Of a stretch of 64,000 nt of DNA, positions 8,657 through 21,008 are shown piece by piece. The stretch's first letter is position 1; every line of letters begins with the position of its first letter. The position numbers were made by a program, and so were the translations under genes. Under the pieces are notes generated by a model. That model made no database searches. It had not been told where the DNA came from and was given only the letters and a program-made list of their open reading frames with translations. The DNA is from Nemertoderma westbladi (lineage: Eukaryota > Animalia > Xenacoelomorpha). Where the stretch lies: the NCBI GenBank assembly GCA_032718475.1, contig JAUCBJ010006816.1:60162-124161 (forward strand), read 5' to 3'.

Positions 8657-11600
8657 CATATTTAAGCGATGGGTCCCATCACATAGCGCACATTTCGGTT
8701 TGATGTTACTCACCTTACTCTGAGTCACATTGTGTACACTTGCTTTTTCTTCGGGCTTTCTCACCTGAATTCTCTTGGGAGACGTAGGAGGAGTTTTTCT
8801 TACCTGTTCTCTCCTGTCATTTGTTCGAGACTTGAATTTACTTACCTGATCTTTAGGCATTTTATTTACGTAATAAGATCTATCAGTGTCTTTCCTGCTA
8901 TCTTCTCCTTGAGAAGTCTGGCTTTCGCCATCGTCTGTATAACACACTGGTGTTACTTTTCTCCTAGAGACGGGTTTTTCACTTACCTTGTTTTCCGGTG
9001 TCTTCTCTCTGGACAGTTTCAGGAGCTGTAATTTCACTTCTCCATCTAGGAATGACATGAGATCAGCCATGGTAGGGTCTCGTCGTTGTTGTTCCATCAT
9101 ATATAGCACTTTCTTATCCCAGCGTGTACCTACTCCACCCTTCGGTAAAGTAGAAGCCACTGCCCTAATAACCATAGCATTCTGATACTCATGAGACTTA
9201 CCTAGCCAATCTAATTGTCTGCAGATCTCCTGAATCTCATCGGAAAACTCGATAATTCTGCTGCTAATAAACTTTCGGGGCGCTACCAACTTTGCATACA
9301 AATACCCAGCTATGTTATTCCTATTACCATTCCTGATGTTTAGTGTATCCCAAACTTGTCTTAATCCGTCTGGATGTCCAATAAACTTTAACGCCATTAA
9401 CTTGGGAGATCCTTCCAAGCACTCGATGAGGAATCTAAGTTTCTCTCCATTAGATAGCACAGAGTTCTGTATGTTATCTTTGTAATATTCATTAAAAGGT
9501 AACCATTTCATCTCATCTCCATTGAATTTGACGATCTCTCCCACCTTTACCGCTTGCCGGGCTTCGGTTCTAGCCATTTGACGCGTAAAACTTTCTTGGG
9601 CCATCGTGTTATTTAATATCGAGTTATCGGTATATAAATTTCTCGGATTATGATCCGGTCTATAGGGAATATCATTATCAACAGGTCTATAATTACCCTT
9701 AATAGGGTTCACTATAGGAGTTTCTACCTCGCTAGCAGTATAGATGCGTGTAGGCTCCACACCTTGCGCATGAGATACTTCAGACCTAACAGGTTGACAC
9801 ATTGTTACAGGGGGTGGTGGTATACCCCTTTGTGTATTTACTAATTTATCGCGTTCTAGCGCGATACTTTGCTGCACTTCTTGCAACTCTAACCTACTTT
9901 CCCTTACTGTGCCCTTGAATTGCTGAACGGTCTCCTGCATCTGTCCGAGCAGGAGATCCATCCCCCGTCATCTCTCATCCACCCATTCAACCGCCGAAGC
10001 GGGATTCGCCAACGCTGTAGCGGGCGGACGAGGGACAACGGGCGACAAATCATGAATATTTCGCTCGGAGTCCAGGGCATGAGCTGTCTCATGGGCTGTT
10101 CTGCTGGGCACAGGTAGCTTAGTGCTGTGCAAAGGGAATTGAGAGGTAGGTTCAGGGAGTACAGGTGTCTCTACGACCGAAAGGGTGGCTTCGGGAACAG
10201 ACCTAACTATTTCGGGCTCATCTACTATAGTAGGGAGTCTCTCTATTGTAATTATTTGGTCTGTGGGTTCTGTACTACCTAAGTTGGTGTTATTTAGTTG
10301 CCTTCTAACAGCTGGAGGCAAATCAGGCAATTTTTGACGGTGGGATGTTCTTTTACGTCTGCTTAGGCGAGATCGATTTCCTTTGCCTTCAGTATCGGTG
10401 GTATCGCCTTCCTCAGATGATGTATAACCCTGTCTTTTGGGAGTAGATCGATTCATCATCTGCATATTACTAGCTGTTAACTGTTTACTGAAGTCGTCTT
10501 GCTTCTCTTGAAGATTTTCCAACTCCAGTTGGGCGATCTCTTCAGCCGCTCTCCGTTCTGCTTCCGCCACCGCTGCCGCTTTTGCCTCTGCCGCTGCCGC
10601 TTTTGCCTCTGCCGCTGCTTCTGCTGCTGCCGCTTTTGCCTCTGCCGCTGCTTCTGCTGCTGCCGCTTTTGCCTCTGCCGCTGCTCCTGCCAAGGTCGCT
10701 TTTCTTTCTGCCTCTGCCACTGCTGCTATCTTTCTGTCTTCTATACGTTTTTTCCTTACTTGTCCTTCTTGGTCTCTAGCGATGCGGAGTTGTTCATCGA
10801 ATTTAGCTTGGTTCGCCGCTAACCTATCCACATCAATTGCATCCAACACACGCTGGGCTCCTTCACTATTAGGGCTAAGTCCATCTAGCCTTCTCCTCAA
10901 CTCTTCATCTCCCAAAAAACGCTGATAGTCTGACAGATAGATGTCAATGGCATCCCTCTTATGCGGTTTCTCTGCCGTCGCTTCACTTTCCACTTGGGAA
11001 AAAGTAGCGTCCGTTGATTCTCCATGGGTTGAGCGCTCCTCCAGCTGAGCTTTCCACTGAGCTGTTCCTTGAACCTGGCGACTCACCCGTTGAAACCAAG
11101 TCTTTACGGCAACTTGCAACGACGTGTCTTGTCTTCTTTTAGAAGCCTCTTCAAAGGCTGATAATATTAGCCTGATTCGCAGAATTCTTTCTCTAACTTG
11201 ATAAAGCAGTTGTCCCTGCTCTTGAGGTCCTTTAGGTTGTTGAAACAGTTGTTTTTCTACTCGCTCCATAGAGCTGAAGAATCCCTGTGCGTATCCGGCT
11301 GCGGACCTCTTCCACACAGCTGGATCGATGGTTTCCTTGGCTACTCCCATCCGGTGTATGTCTTCCCAGGCAGCTTCTGATAAATCAAACGGGAGTCCGG
11401 GTCCGGGGAAGTTCCATTGTTTCTCCACCGCAATCAATAACCTAGTGAGTACGGCTGCAGGAAGGATGAGAAGGGGATCTGAATAAGCCGCATCCATCAT
11501 CCTTGCTCCGCGTTCGGGTGTCAGTTCTACCGTATCTTCACTACTGGAGCTGACGGGCCGCTGAGAAATAAGTTCTTGGCTCGCGGGTGGTTGCTGTTCC

Positions 11601-11815
11601 GCTGCTTCTTGGTCCCGCTTGACCTGAGCTCGAGTGCCTATGATAGACCTACGATGTTGGACCAGCCTAGGTTCTGTTATTACTACTGGAGGGATGACCT
11701 TCCTCACAGTGGGAGGTGAACTGAACTTAGGACTAGACGGTTCTACACCTCTATCTGAGTCGCAGATAGTTACATCTAATAAACTGTCTGACAGGTTCTG
11801 TTTAGTATCAGACAT
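8657..11815 (-). pseudogene. gag: BEL-2A gag (long N-terminal extension, Ala/Glu/Lys helix, DUF1759, first CCHC knuckle); in-frame TGA at 9968-9970, 90-bp deletion vs copy B, cut by BEL-1
   Basis: ORFs 9968-11827 and 8570-9961 share a frame; DUF1759-type KFNGDEMKWLPF..LSNGEKLRFL; CALCDGTHRLNMC; copy B reads CGG at the stop position. Confidence 0.9.
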
Positions 11816-12322
11816 GTTGGTTTGCACAGTTGAATGCCTACTGCTATATTACAGTCTAAGCAAGTCTAGTAATTCAGAATTAACTGCTAGCCTAGTAATT
11901 AATTACCGATACTGCTACTCAGTGTAGCGTGATATATAATATATTAGTATACCGGTATGCTTATAGTATATATAAGTATTATTACAGACTAGTTTATCAC
12001 AGAATACCGGTAGGTAATTTTAGCACAAATATATAAATATATAATAGGCCTATCGTGAATACCGGTATGCAGTTTACACCTATAATGTATATATATAAGT
12101 ATAATTACAGACTAGAATTAATTACAGAATACCGGTATGATTTCAGCACAAGTATATAAATATATAATAGGCCTATCGTAAATACCGGTATATCAATTAT
12201 TTTAGAATAATTGGATTTCTGAATTTACTAAGATATAATATAAAACTAAAAGTAATATTGTAATATACGATACATTGAACATTGCGTTAGAGTATGCTAC
12301 GGCAAAGGCTACTGACCGGGCC

Positions 12323-15300
12323 CTAATCCCCAAAGAGTCCACCAGGGGATGGGCCAGCAGTTGCCAGGACAGACGCCGCGTTGCCCACCAGAATGGCCAT
12401 GACGATACGCTGAAGTAGAAACCTGTGGGAGCGCGGCTCATGAGTCATGGTGTGGAGACGGGACCCAATCTCCTGGAGGAAGGAGGACGTCTCCGGACCG
12501 GGGCGCCCCAGGGTCTCGAACGCAACAGGGTGAAATATATGACCCCGCTCCATCACCTCCGCATATGTCAAGTTCTTTCCCTGTTCGGCACCCTCTGCAG
12601 CACGACCCCCTGCAATTAGCGTCTGTTGGCGGTGACTAGGGGCAAGGGGGTCAACCACTGTGGCATCCCAGGTTAGCATTCGACCCTGGGACCAAGGCAC
12701 AAGTGTCACCCCGTCTACACGCTTCCCGTCATTGCGGCAGAGTCCTGATGGTTCCAGAATGGAGGGAACCCCACAGCTGACCAATGCCCGTCTCACAATA
12801 TCATTAACCATGGTGTGGCGAGGGAACCGGCCTGCGCTCCTCCGGCATGAGAGACCATGTAGACCATTGGACGCTACTGGATTGCCACAACGGTCGCAGA
12901 TGTGGGGCTCTACCACCTTTTCTCCAAGGCGAATGGCGATGGCAATTCGAAACTGCGCATCGCTTAGTTTTAGCCCCAGAGCTGCACTAGGAAGAGCATC
13001 AAGCCAGCAGCCAGCGGTCGGGTGATCGAGGGAGTTCAGTCGAGCAAGGTCGAGAGTAGAAGCTACAAGACGGAGGGTGGCGAGGCTTTCTTGATGGATG
13101 GGCGCCATCCACACCCTCTGTGTTGACACAGTGGGTGGTGCTGAGTCGGGGGGGAGTGACGCATTCCGTATGGTCATGGCTAATTCCCGTGCTGGGCTCG
13201 GCATCCCTGCGGAAGGGTACAAGCGGTTTGAAAGGGTTGAACATGCAGCCGCAGAAGCCAGGAAGGCAGAGGGTGCGAGCTGCACTGCTGATCCCAAACC
13301 AAGACCGCCAACCCGTGCTGGTAGGCAAGCCTGGGCCCATGCTGGGTCACCAATTTCTGTATTGGCAACCACTTGAAGGGCACCACGAAGCACTCGATCA
13401 TAGTCCCTAAGAAGGGTGGGGAACCTAAAACATGGGGCAGCCCTAAGGAAGTACATCAGCCTGGGTATGGCAAATGAGTTCCTCAGGAGGAAAAAGCCGT
13501 GATGTGCGTCAAGGAGTGGAAGCCGGCTAACTAGAGTGGTGAGGTCACCGACCTTGGCTGTGAGGCAAGAGGCGATGGCAGCTTCTCCGATGGGGGCGCC
13601 AAGAATGGTCAACTGATCCAGCGGCGGGCATGGGATGCCGGCACAGATAGCATCGAACTCCATCTGGATCTCGGCACGTGATTCTTCTGTCTCGGGCCCC
13701 AAGAAAAACAACTCGCTCTTTGTGGGGTTAATCATCAGCCCAAGTTTCCTCCCATCATCGATCAACCTTGAGAGGTCCCTCAGCACAACCCGATGGTCAT
13801 CAGCTAGGTTTCCATCGTCCAGGTACCAGACATTGAAAGCCGATTCCAATGCCTGGATGGTTGAGTTTTCTGTGTCTCCGAACAGCTGCGGGCCATCTGT
13901 GTCCCCTTGTTGTACGCCCTCGTCAGAGAGTAGGACTTGGTCACCATTAAGGAGAAAGGTTGCCTCCCCATAGGCAGCAAGGGTGTAATTATAAATCGCG
14001 GGATGAGCAGCATGGACAGTCTCCAGCATTGAGTCTCGGCGGATTGAGTTGAATGCATTACTAAAATCTATTTTTAGCAACACGAAACCCGCCGGATTTT
14101 CCCCATTGACCAGCGCCCTTACTGCGTGGGCAGCCCCCTCCGCACCTAACTTGCAGCCAATACCCAGCTGAACCGATCCATATGACTCTGTCCGTTTCTC
14201 TGCAGCTAAGGTTCCAGAGAACTTGCCACACAAACGACGAAGGGTAACCCCAACAGCTATGGGACGGATTCCCGGCCCACTCTTCTTGAATGCAAACAAG
14301 TTTGCCCCAAAGAATATAGGCCGGATAGCAGTTGGCACCTTGCCCGCCATGGTAACATCAACGAACCTTGCTAGGGATGACAGGAGGCGTTCTCCAGCTT
14401 CGCCATTTGTTGGGGTGACAAGATCCTTATATATCTGAGGCCGCACCCCATCTGGGCCTCCAGCACTCCCGCTAGGGAAGGATGAGATCAACCTCCGGAG
14501 TATCGTGGGGGTACAAGGGCGAGCAGACGAGGTGACAGGCGGTGGTGGGTCTCTTCTATCATCTGGTCTGGCAGGGTGCTTTCCCCGTAGCAACTCTAGT
14601 GTCTCCGGTGTGTTGGGGGCAATGGCGTTCTTCGAGGAAGCTAACCGTATAGCTCCCTTGATGTCACCATCCTCTATCTTCTCTGCCACCATGGTAGCCA
14701 GTCTAACCGACTCCTCCTGGGGCCTCTGGCAATAGGGGCCAGATGTCCGAAATGGTGGTGTTGGAAAACCTGAACCTGAATTAACCATGGCACGGAAATC
14801 GGCGATCCTTTGGTTAATGAGGGAAGCAAGAGATCGCTGGTGTTTCCTCCCCCCTCGACTTGGCGCTGGGATACAGAAGTCGCCAACTATGAGTAGCCAG
14901 ATCCATTTATGGACTCTCATCGGTTCGTCTGCAATAGCAGTAAACAACTCAGCGAACAGGTCAGCTAAGTTGGTCCTCGATGCCTTTGGGACATGTCTCA
15001 GCTGCCTTGTTCGCCACCCTCGTACTATATTCAAAATATCCCACTCTGATAATTCCCCTTGGGAATGTCTGATGGGGGGACCTTGCAAGGAGGCTGAAGC
15101 ATCTGGCTGGACACTAGATCCCAGGCACCGGTTGGCAGGTGGGCCATGTGTGCGCAGAGTCCCATTGGCTTTTATTCCGAAGACCCTCAAACATACTGGA
15201 CACGTGCCAGCTCCAGACATTGGAGGCCCTGACGAGCCGACCCCAGACCCTTGAGTGTCCGACACACCAATACCAACAGACACCGAAGGGACCGACACAC

Positions 15301-17836
15301 TGATAACAGACACCGAAGGAAGTGACCCACCGACTCCAGACACTTGAGGGGCCGACTCATCGACTCCAGATACTGAAGGGACTGACTCACCGACTCCAGA
15401 CACTGAAGGAACCAATTCACCGACACCATAGTCTTGAGGAACCGACTCAACAACCCCAGACACTCGAGGGACCGACTCACTGACTCCAGACAATGAAGGA
15501 ACCGACCCACGGACTCCAGACACTTGAGGGGCCGACTCACCGACTCCAGATACTGAAGGGACTGACTCACCGACTCCAGACACATAAGGAACCAACTCAC
15601 CGACCCCATACTCTTGAGGAACCGACTCACCAACCCTAGACACTTGAGGAACCGACTCACCGACTCCAGACAATGAAGGAACCGATCCACCGATTCCAGA
15701 TACTTGAGGGGCCGACTCACCGACTCCAGAGACTAAACGGACAGACTCACCAACCCCTAACACCGAAGGAACAGACTCACCGACTCCAGAGACTCGAGGA
15801 ACCGACTCACCGACACGAGACATTTGAGGAGCCGACTCAACGACTCTAGACACTGAACGGACAGATTCACCGAATCCAGATACTGAGCGGAATGACTCAC
15901 CGACCCCAGACCCCTGAGGAACCGACTCACCGACACGAGACATTTGAGGAGCCGACTCACCGACTCTAGACACTGAACGGACAGATTCACCGAATCCAGA
16001 TACTGAAGGAACAGACTCACCGACTACAGGCACTGAAGAGACAGAGTCACCAACCCCAAACACCGAAGGAACCGGCTCACCGACTCCAGACACTGGAGGA
16101 ACCGACTCATCGACTCCAGACACTGAGCGGAATGACTCACCGACCCCAGAAGCCTGAGGAACCGACTCACCGACGCTAGACATTTGAGGAGCCGACTTAC
16201 CGACTCCAGACACTGAACGGACAGACTCACCGAAACCAGATACTGAAGGAACAGAGTCACCGACTACAGGCACTGAAGAGACAGACTCCCCAACCTCAAA
16301 CACCGAAGGAACCGGCTCACCGACTCCAGACACTGGAGGAACCGACTCGCCGACCCCAGACACCGGAACAACCGACTCACTGGATGCAGACACTGAAGGA
16401 GCCGGCTCACCGACTGCAGGCACGACTCCATACACCTGAGAAACCAAGTCACCGACTCTAGATACAGCGCCGCCTGACTCACCGACCCCAGACATTTGAG
16501 GAACCGGCTCACCAACCCCACACACTTGAGGAACCGACTCACCGAATCCATACATTTCAGAAACCGACTCACCGACTCTAGACACTAATCGAACTGACTC
16601 TCTGACCCCAGACACATGAGGAACCGACTCGCCGACTCCAGACACTGAAGGGACCGACTCACCGACCCCAGACACTTGAGGAACCGACTCACCGAATCCA
16701 TACATTTCAGAAACCGACTCACCGACTCTAGACACTAAACGAACTGACTCTCTGACCCCAGACACATGAGGAACCGACTCGCCGACTCCAGACACTGAAG
16801 GGACCGCCTCACCGGCCCCAGACACGTGAGGATCCGTCTCACCAACCCCACACACTTGAGGAACCGATTCACCGAATCCATACATTTCAGAAACCGACTC
16901 ACCGACTCTAGACACTAAACGAACTGACTCACTGACCCCAGACACATGAGGAACCGACTCGCCGACTCCAGAGACTGAAAGAACCGACTCACCAGCTCCA
17001 GACACTGAAGGGACCGAGTCACCGATCCCGGACTCTTGAGGAACCGACTCACTAGCTCCAGAAACTTGTGGAACTGACTCACCGACTCCAAACAATTGAG
17101 AAACCGACACACCGATTCCAGACTCTTGAGGAACGGACTCATCAACCCCATACACTTGAGTAACCAACTTACCAACCACGGACACCGAAGGAACCGACTC
17201 ACCCACTCCAGACAGTGAAGGAACTGACTTACCAACCCCGTTCACCGAAGGAACCGACTCACCTACTCCAGACAGCTGAGGGACCGACTCCCCAACCCCA
17301 GGCACTTGAGGAACCGACTCACCGATTCCATACACTTGAGAAACCGACTCACCGACTCTAGACACTGAACTGACTGACCCACCGCCCCCAGACACTTGAG
17401 GAACCGACTCGCCGACTCCAGACACTGAAGGAACCGACTCACCAACCCCAGACACCGAAGGAACCGACTCACCTACTCCAGACACTAGGGGAACCGACTC
17501 ACCAACCCCAGATGCCGAAGGGACCGACTCACCGACGCCAGAAACTGGAAGTACCGAACCAACTTCCGACACTCCCTCACCCAAGGAAGATGACTGATAA
17601 GCTATTGCTTCACTACCACGACGGGCCCTGTCAAGTATTGCTGTTGCCCGAGCCTGTGCCTCGCCTGGGAACAGATCTCTCCCTACCTTCGTGGGAGATG
17701 TTATCCAGGAAGAGTTAGAATGGGAAACCGCCCTCATTGTAGTTGAAGGAGAAGAGCTCGTGACAACGCTATCAAACCCATCTAACGTCCTGTCCGAATC
17801 TAGAAGAGTCTCGTCTAGGATATATCCATCTCCCGC
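12323..17836 (-). CDS. CRE-like single ORF: 10-aa repeat region, C2HC zinc finger, RT, CCHC + PD-(D/E)xK restriction-like endonuclease
   Basis: Motifs IRPIAVG..LRRL, QLGIG..GAE, KIDFSNAFN, GVQQGD, WYLDDG, GGLGL, CDRC..HGLSC, RH..VND, RVDG..WDATV, FETLG. The frame stays open for 33 codons upstream of ATG 17737, up to the 5' junction. Confidence 0.92.
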   Translation of the reverse strand, partial: AGDGYILDETLLDSDRTLDGFDSVVTSSSPSTTMRAVSHSNSSWITSPTKVGRDLFPGEAQARATAILDRARRGSEAIAYQSSSLGEGVSEVGSVLPVSGVGESVPSASGVGESVPLVSGVGESVPSVSGVGESVPSVSGVGESVPQVSGGGGSVSSVSRVGESVSQVYGIGESVPQVPGVGESVPQLSGVGESVPSVNGVGKSVPSLSGVGESVPSVSVVGKLVTQVYGVDESVPQESGIGVSVSQLFGVGESVPQVSGASESVPQESGIGDSVPSVSGAGESVLSVSGVGESVPHVSGVSESVRLVSRVGESVSEMYGFGESVPQVCGVGETDPHVSGAGEAVPSVSGVGESVPHVSGVRESVRLVSRVGESVSEMYGFGESVPQVSGVGESVPSVSGVGESVPHVSGVRESVRLVSRVGESVSEMYGFGESVPQVCGVGEPVPQMSGVGESGGAVSRVGDLVSQVYGVVPAVGEPAPSVSASSESVVPVSGVGESVPPVSGVGEPVPSVFEVGESVSSVPVVGDSVPSVSGFGESVRSVSGVGKSAPQMSSVGESVPQASGVGESFRSVSGVDESVPPVSGVGEPVPSVFGVGDSVSSVPVVGESVPSVSGFGESVRSVSRVGESAPQMSRVGESVPQGSGVGESFRSVSGFGESVRSVSRVVESAPQMSRVGESVPRVSGVGESVPSVLGVGESVRLVSGVGESAPQVSGIGGSVPSLSGVGESVPQVSRVGESVPQEYGVGELVPYVSGVGESVPSVSGVGESAPQVSGVRGSVPSLSGVSESVPRVSGVVESVPQDYGVGELVPSVSGVGESVPSVSGVDESAPQVSGVGGSLPSVSVISVSVPSVSVGIGVSDTQGSGVGSSGPPMSGAGTCPVCLRVFGIKANGTLRTHGPPANRCLGSSVQPDASASLQGPPIRHSQGELSEWDILNIVRGWRTRQLRHVPKASRTNLADLFAELFTAIADEPMRVHKWIWLLIVGDFCIPAPSRGGRKHQRSLASLINQRIADFRAMVNSGSGFPTPPFRTSGPYCQRPQEESVRLATMVAEKIEDGDIKGAIRLASSKNAIAPNTPETLELLRGKHPARPDDRRDPPPPVTSSARPCTPTILRRLISSFPSGSAGGPDGVRPQIYKDLVTPTNGEAGERLLSSLARFVDVTMAGKVPTAIRPIFFGANLFAFKKSGPGIRPIAVGVTLRRLCGKFSGTLAAEKRTESYGSVQLGIGCKLGAEGAAHAVRALVNGENPAGFVLLKIDFSNAFNSIRRDSMLETVHAAHPAIYNYTLAAYGEATFLLNGDQVLLSDEGVQQGDTDGPQLFGDTENSTIQALESAFNVWYLDDGNLADDHRVVLRDLSRLIDDGRKLGLMINPTKSELFFLGPETEESRAEIQMEFDAICAGIPCPPLDQLTILGAPIGEAAIASCLTAKVGDLTTLVSRLPLLDAHHGFFLLRNSFAIPRLMYFLRAAPCFRFPTLLRDYDRVLRGALQVVANTEIGDPAWAQACLPARVGGLGLGSAVQLAPSAFLASAAACSTLSNRLYPSAGMPSPARELAMTIRNASLPPDSAPPTVSTQRVWMAPIHQESLATLRLVASTLDLARLNSLDHPTAGCWLDALPSAALGLKLSDAQFRIAIAIRLGEKVVEPHICDRCGNPVASNGLHGLSCRRSAGRFPRHTMVNDIVRRALVSCGVPSILEPSGLCRNDGKRVDGVTLVPWSQGRMLTWDATVVDPLAPSHRQQTLIAGGRAAEGAEQGKNLTYAEVMERGHIFHPVAFETLGRPGPETSSFLQEIGSRLHTMTHEPRSHRFLLQRIVMAILVGNAASVLATAGPSPGGLFGD
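15200..17570 (-). repeat. Coding 30-bp minisatellite in the CRE ORF (VSGVGESVPx, roughly 75-80 units)
   Basis: 30-bp period ACCGACTCACCGACTCCAGACACTGAAGGA on the + strand; 10-aa periodicity in the protein. Confidence 0.95.
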
Positions 17837-20165
17837 TTTCTGAATTTTAAGGGTTACTTGGTTACTTTAACTTACTTTATTACCGTTATTTGAGCAGTAG
17901 TCCAACTGATATTGAGACCTAATTGCTATATGGCAGGCCTACTATTTATAAATCGTTTGAGTTGATTTATAATATATATATACCCGTTTAATGGGTTTTG
18001 TCAATGTTGAAATAAATGTTATTATTTCTGGGGGAGTCACTACACATAAGCTATGCGCTCTTAGTGGAGTGCTACTTGTTAGACACTAAAACAAATAATT
18101 CTAATTTACCTAAGTTACTTAATACTACAAATTACGTACAATTCGGGTTGAGATTACAATCTCTAAATAAACACAAAAAATTTAATTACAAATACACAAA
18201 TACAAATTTTTAGGGTAATTTTACAAGAAGTCTACTAACCAGCCTAACAAAGGGTTAGAATATCTGGTTATTACAACGGACAGGTTACTACGGTATTTGA
18301 AAATAATAAGTAGTAGTAAATATACTGCGCTGTCCAGATAGGAAAATACCACCGCCTGACGACCTATAACCGTATCGCTATAGGTACTACGTTATGTATC
18401 ACGGAGTGTTCCTACCCAGAAGTTAATTACCGAGGTCTACCAGAACCAACGTGCCTATTAACCACTTTACAACACAAATACACTGCCTACACACTAATCA
18501 CCTTCGGAAAGTACTGTACACTAAACCCTAAATTAGGTACAAGTACTTGTATGACAAATAATTAGTAGTTAAAAATACTTGAACAGCTAAAAGAACCACG
18601 GCATCTGCTGGAGTGACCGGTGCACAAAATCACCAGTCTTTACCTACGCCAAGCAGCCCGTATAGTACCGGGGTTAGTTTAACTATAACGGTATGTATAA
18701 CAAACACAATTACTGTAGGAACAAACTTGGGGAATATGAATGTTGCGAATAATCGCATAAACTCTGAATAATAAATATTACGCTACGCGTACAGACTATT
18801 CAAACAAAATGCAGACCAAATACTGACAGACTACTATCAAGCCTAAACAAACTACGGTATATGTAGACTCCGAAATGGTTAAGTAGCATGCGTTCTAACC
18901 CAGTAGTACGACTTATTCTTTAGATGGGGGTTTACCTTACAGCAATGGCTGCCCCTACTTCCTAACCGTTCTTTATCGGACAGATGCTTTACACACACCG
19001 AAATTTCCTCAAACCCAACAACAGCCAGACAACTATCCAGCCTACAAATTATCTAAATAAAATTATACGCTACCCGTACAGACTACACAAACAAAGTACA
19101 GACCAAACGCTGGCGGACTCCTATCAAGCCTAAATAAACCACAGGACATGCAGACTCCGAAATGGTTAAGTAGTATGCGTTCTAACCCAGTAGTACGACT
19201 TATTCTTTAGATGGGGGTTTACCTTACAGCAATGGCTGCCCCTACTTCCTAACCGTTCTTTATCGGACATACACTCTACATGCACTGCAATCCGTTCAGC
19301 CCTAATCAACAGTTAGCCAACAGTCAAGCCTACAAATAATCCGTACAATCTGCACAGGCTTGGACGCCTTCTGCTCAATACTGGCCTACAAATAAATAAA
19401 ACTGACAGAAATAAGTAAGCTCCAAAAGAAACAAGGGGTGTACAGTCCCTAATCTCTTAAACAGCCTACCGGTATACAATACCACAATCGAATAATACTG
19501 CTGTACCTGTACCGTAAGTAGGTACCGGTCCGGATGATCAGGCAGTCAGGCCTACTGGTTACCGGTCGACCGGTACTTTCTACTAGATTGCTTACACAGC
19601 AATCCAGAAGCAATATCTGTTATTGTTTGCGCTTTTGAAGACCTTTGACAGTTTAACCTGCCAAAATTAGAATGTCTTTTGGATGATAGATAGTCTTTAG
19701 CTTATGACGAGTATTTGGTACACTACATTAGCCGAAGCCAGTCTATGCGCAATCATTCACCCGTTGGATATACCCGGGAGACTGAGTTCGGAGCTTAATG
19801 ATTGATGGTGTAAGCCTACTGTATTATTCGACTGATCGTAATATATAATCTCTGACAAATATTATTCACTTTCGGGAAATATTAACAGTTCCTTTAGGAC
19901 GTGGCGTTCTAAATATGTAAACAGAGTTATGACTTAAACTAGTCACAACGAAAAGGCTATAGATTAACGTATATGGCGCATTCTTTAGGAGATGCTTTGT
20001 TATCAGTTACAATCATACACAATGCTGCACAATACTGCACACTAATCTGCCGACCTTCACTAAGTTTGGTCATGTATAAAGAGAGCAACAGACAATTTAT
20101 GTTGGGCATATGAAATAGCATTAGATTCACTTCAAACCACTCAACATATGTCGCAATTGTTTATC

Positions 20166-20812
20166 TGTAACCGGTCTCTCTAACCTTTAGTATATCAAGA
20201 AGGTGGGGTGTCTGACTATTGATCAGTATTCCGATATAATATTTCATCAACAAATATAATGAACAACAGACAGCAAAAGCAGTAAAGTTAATAAGATATA
20301 ATTAAGTTTGTTGAGTAAGTAAGTAGTTCGTTTGTGTAAATCGTTTGTAGCTCGTTTGATAACAGATATACGTCCTATAATTAAGCCTACTAATGTAAGA
20401 CTAAAGACTGAAAACACGGAGGTGCCAAAAGCCGATGTTCTTAGGCTCTGGGCAAAAACATAACACTGAACTACTGAGTTCTGTATACACCTCCAACACA
20501 GAGACAAAAAACGCTCTGATTGGTCAACCGAACAACGAGAGAACAAAGAAACAAAGAAACGTCGACGTGGCAATATCAGCTGTTAGCCGTCGTCATGGTA
20601 GCGACACTGTTTTCAAGAGTATCCAGCTTATCGTGTCACGAGATTGCAGATTATGTCCTCTAAAGTACAAATACAGTACAAATACAGAAGAAATGACTTT
20701 TATGTCCTCTAAAACACCAGTACAGCAAGGACACGGCCTTTTTATGCCTGGCAAACCAACTACAGAGTACTTTAAGGGAAAATAACCGGTTAATGACGCA
20801 AAAGCTTTTACA
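20166..20812 (-). repeat. Probable 5' LTR of BEL-2A (TGTAA...TTACA)
   Basis: Similarity to copy B begins exactly at TGTAAAAGCTTTTGCG and has a TTACA inverted end. The inner boundary is inferred because no 3' LTR is in the window. Confidence 0.7.
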
Positions 20813-21008
20813 AATGCTTTAAAATAACAAGTGACATCTAAATGGCATTTCGACACCACTCTACACAGGTTACCATGACTACACATACTGTACAATTGAA
20901 GATGACCCAGATGCACACTATCAAACATATGACTTGACACCTACCACAAAGAAGGATAGTATTAACTTTCGCATATAATATATTCATCATCATTGTTCCT
21001 AGATGATG

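Larger units (their letters stand above)
12227..17836 (-). mobile_element. CRE-clade (RLE-type) non-LTR retrotransposon, 5'-truncated, 11-bp TSD TTTCTGAATTT (12216-12226 / 17837-17847)
   Basis: The TSD is present on both sides; copy B has the empty site once (~50339-50349). Single RT-RLE ORF. Confidence 0.93.
8657..20812 (-). mobile_element. BEL/Pao element 'BEL-2' copy A (5' LTR, long leader, gag), interrupted by CRE at 12227-17836 and by BEL-1 at 8656
   Basis: Collinear, high similarity to the reverse complement of 47337-54075 (copy B) across LTR, leader and gag. Confidence 0.93.

Noticed and set aside
9962-9970. Programmed stop-codon readthrough in BEL-2 gag
   Set aside because: Copy B has CGG here and its own stops elsewhere, so these are copy-specific decay mutations.
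11415-11425. 90-bp difference between BEL-2 gag copies as an intron
   Set aside because: The segment in copy B has no GT-AG ends; it is a deletion at a CA microhomology.
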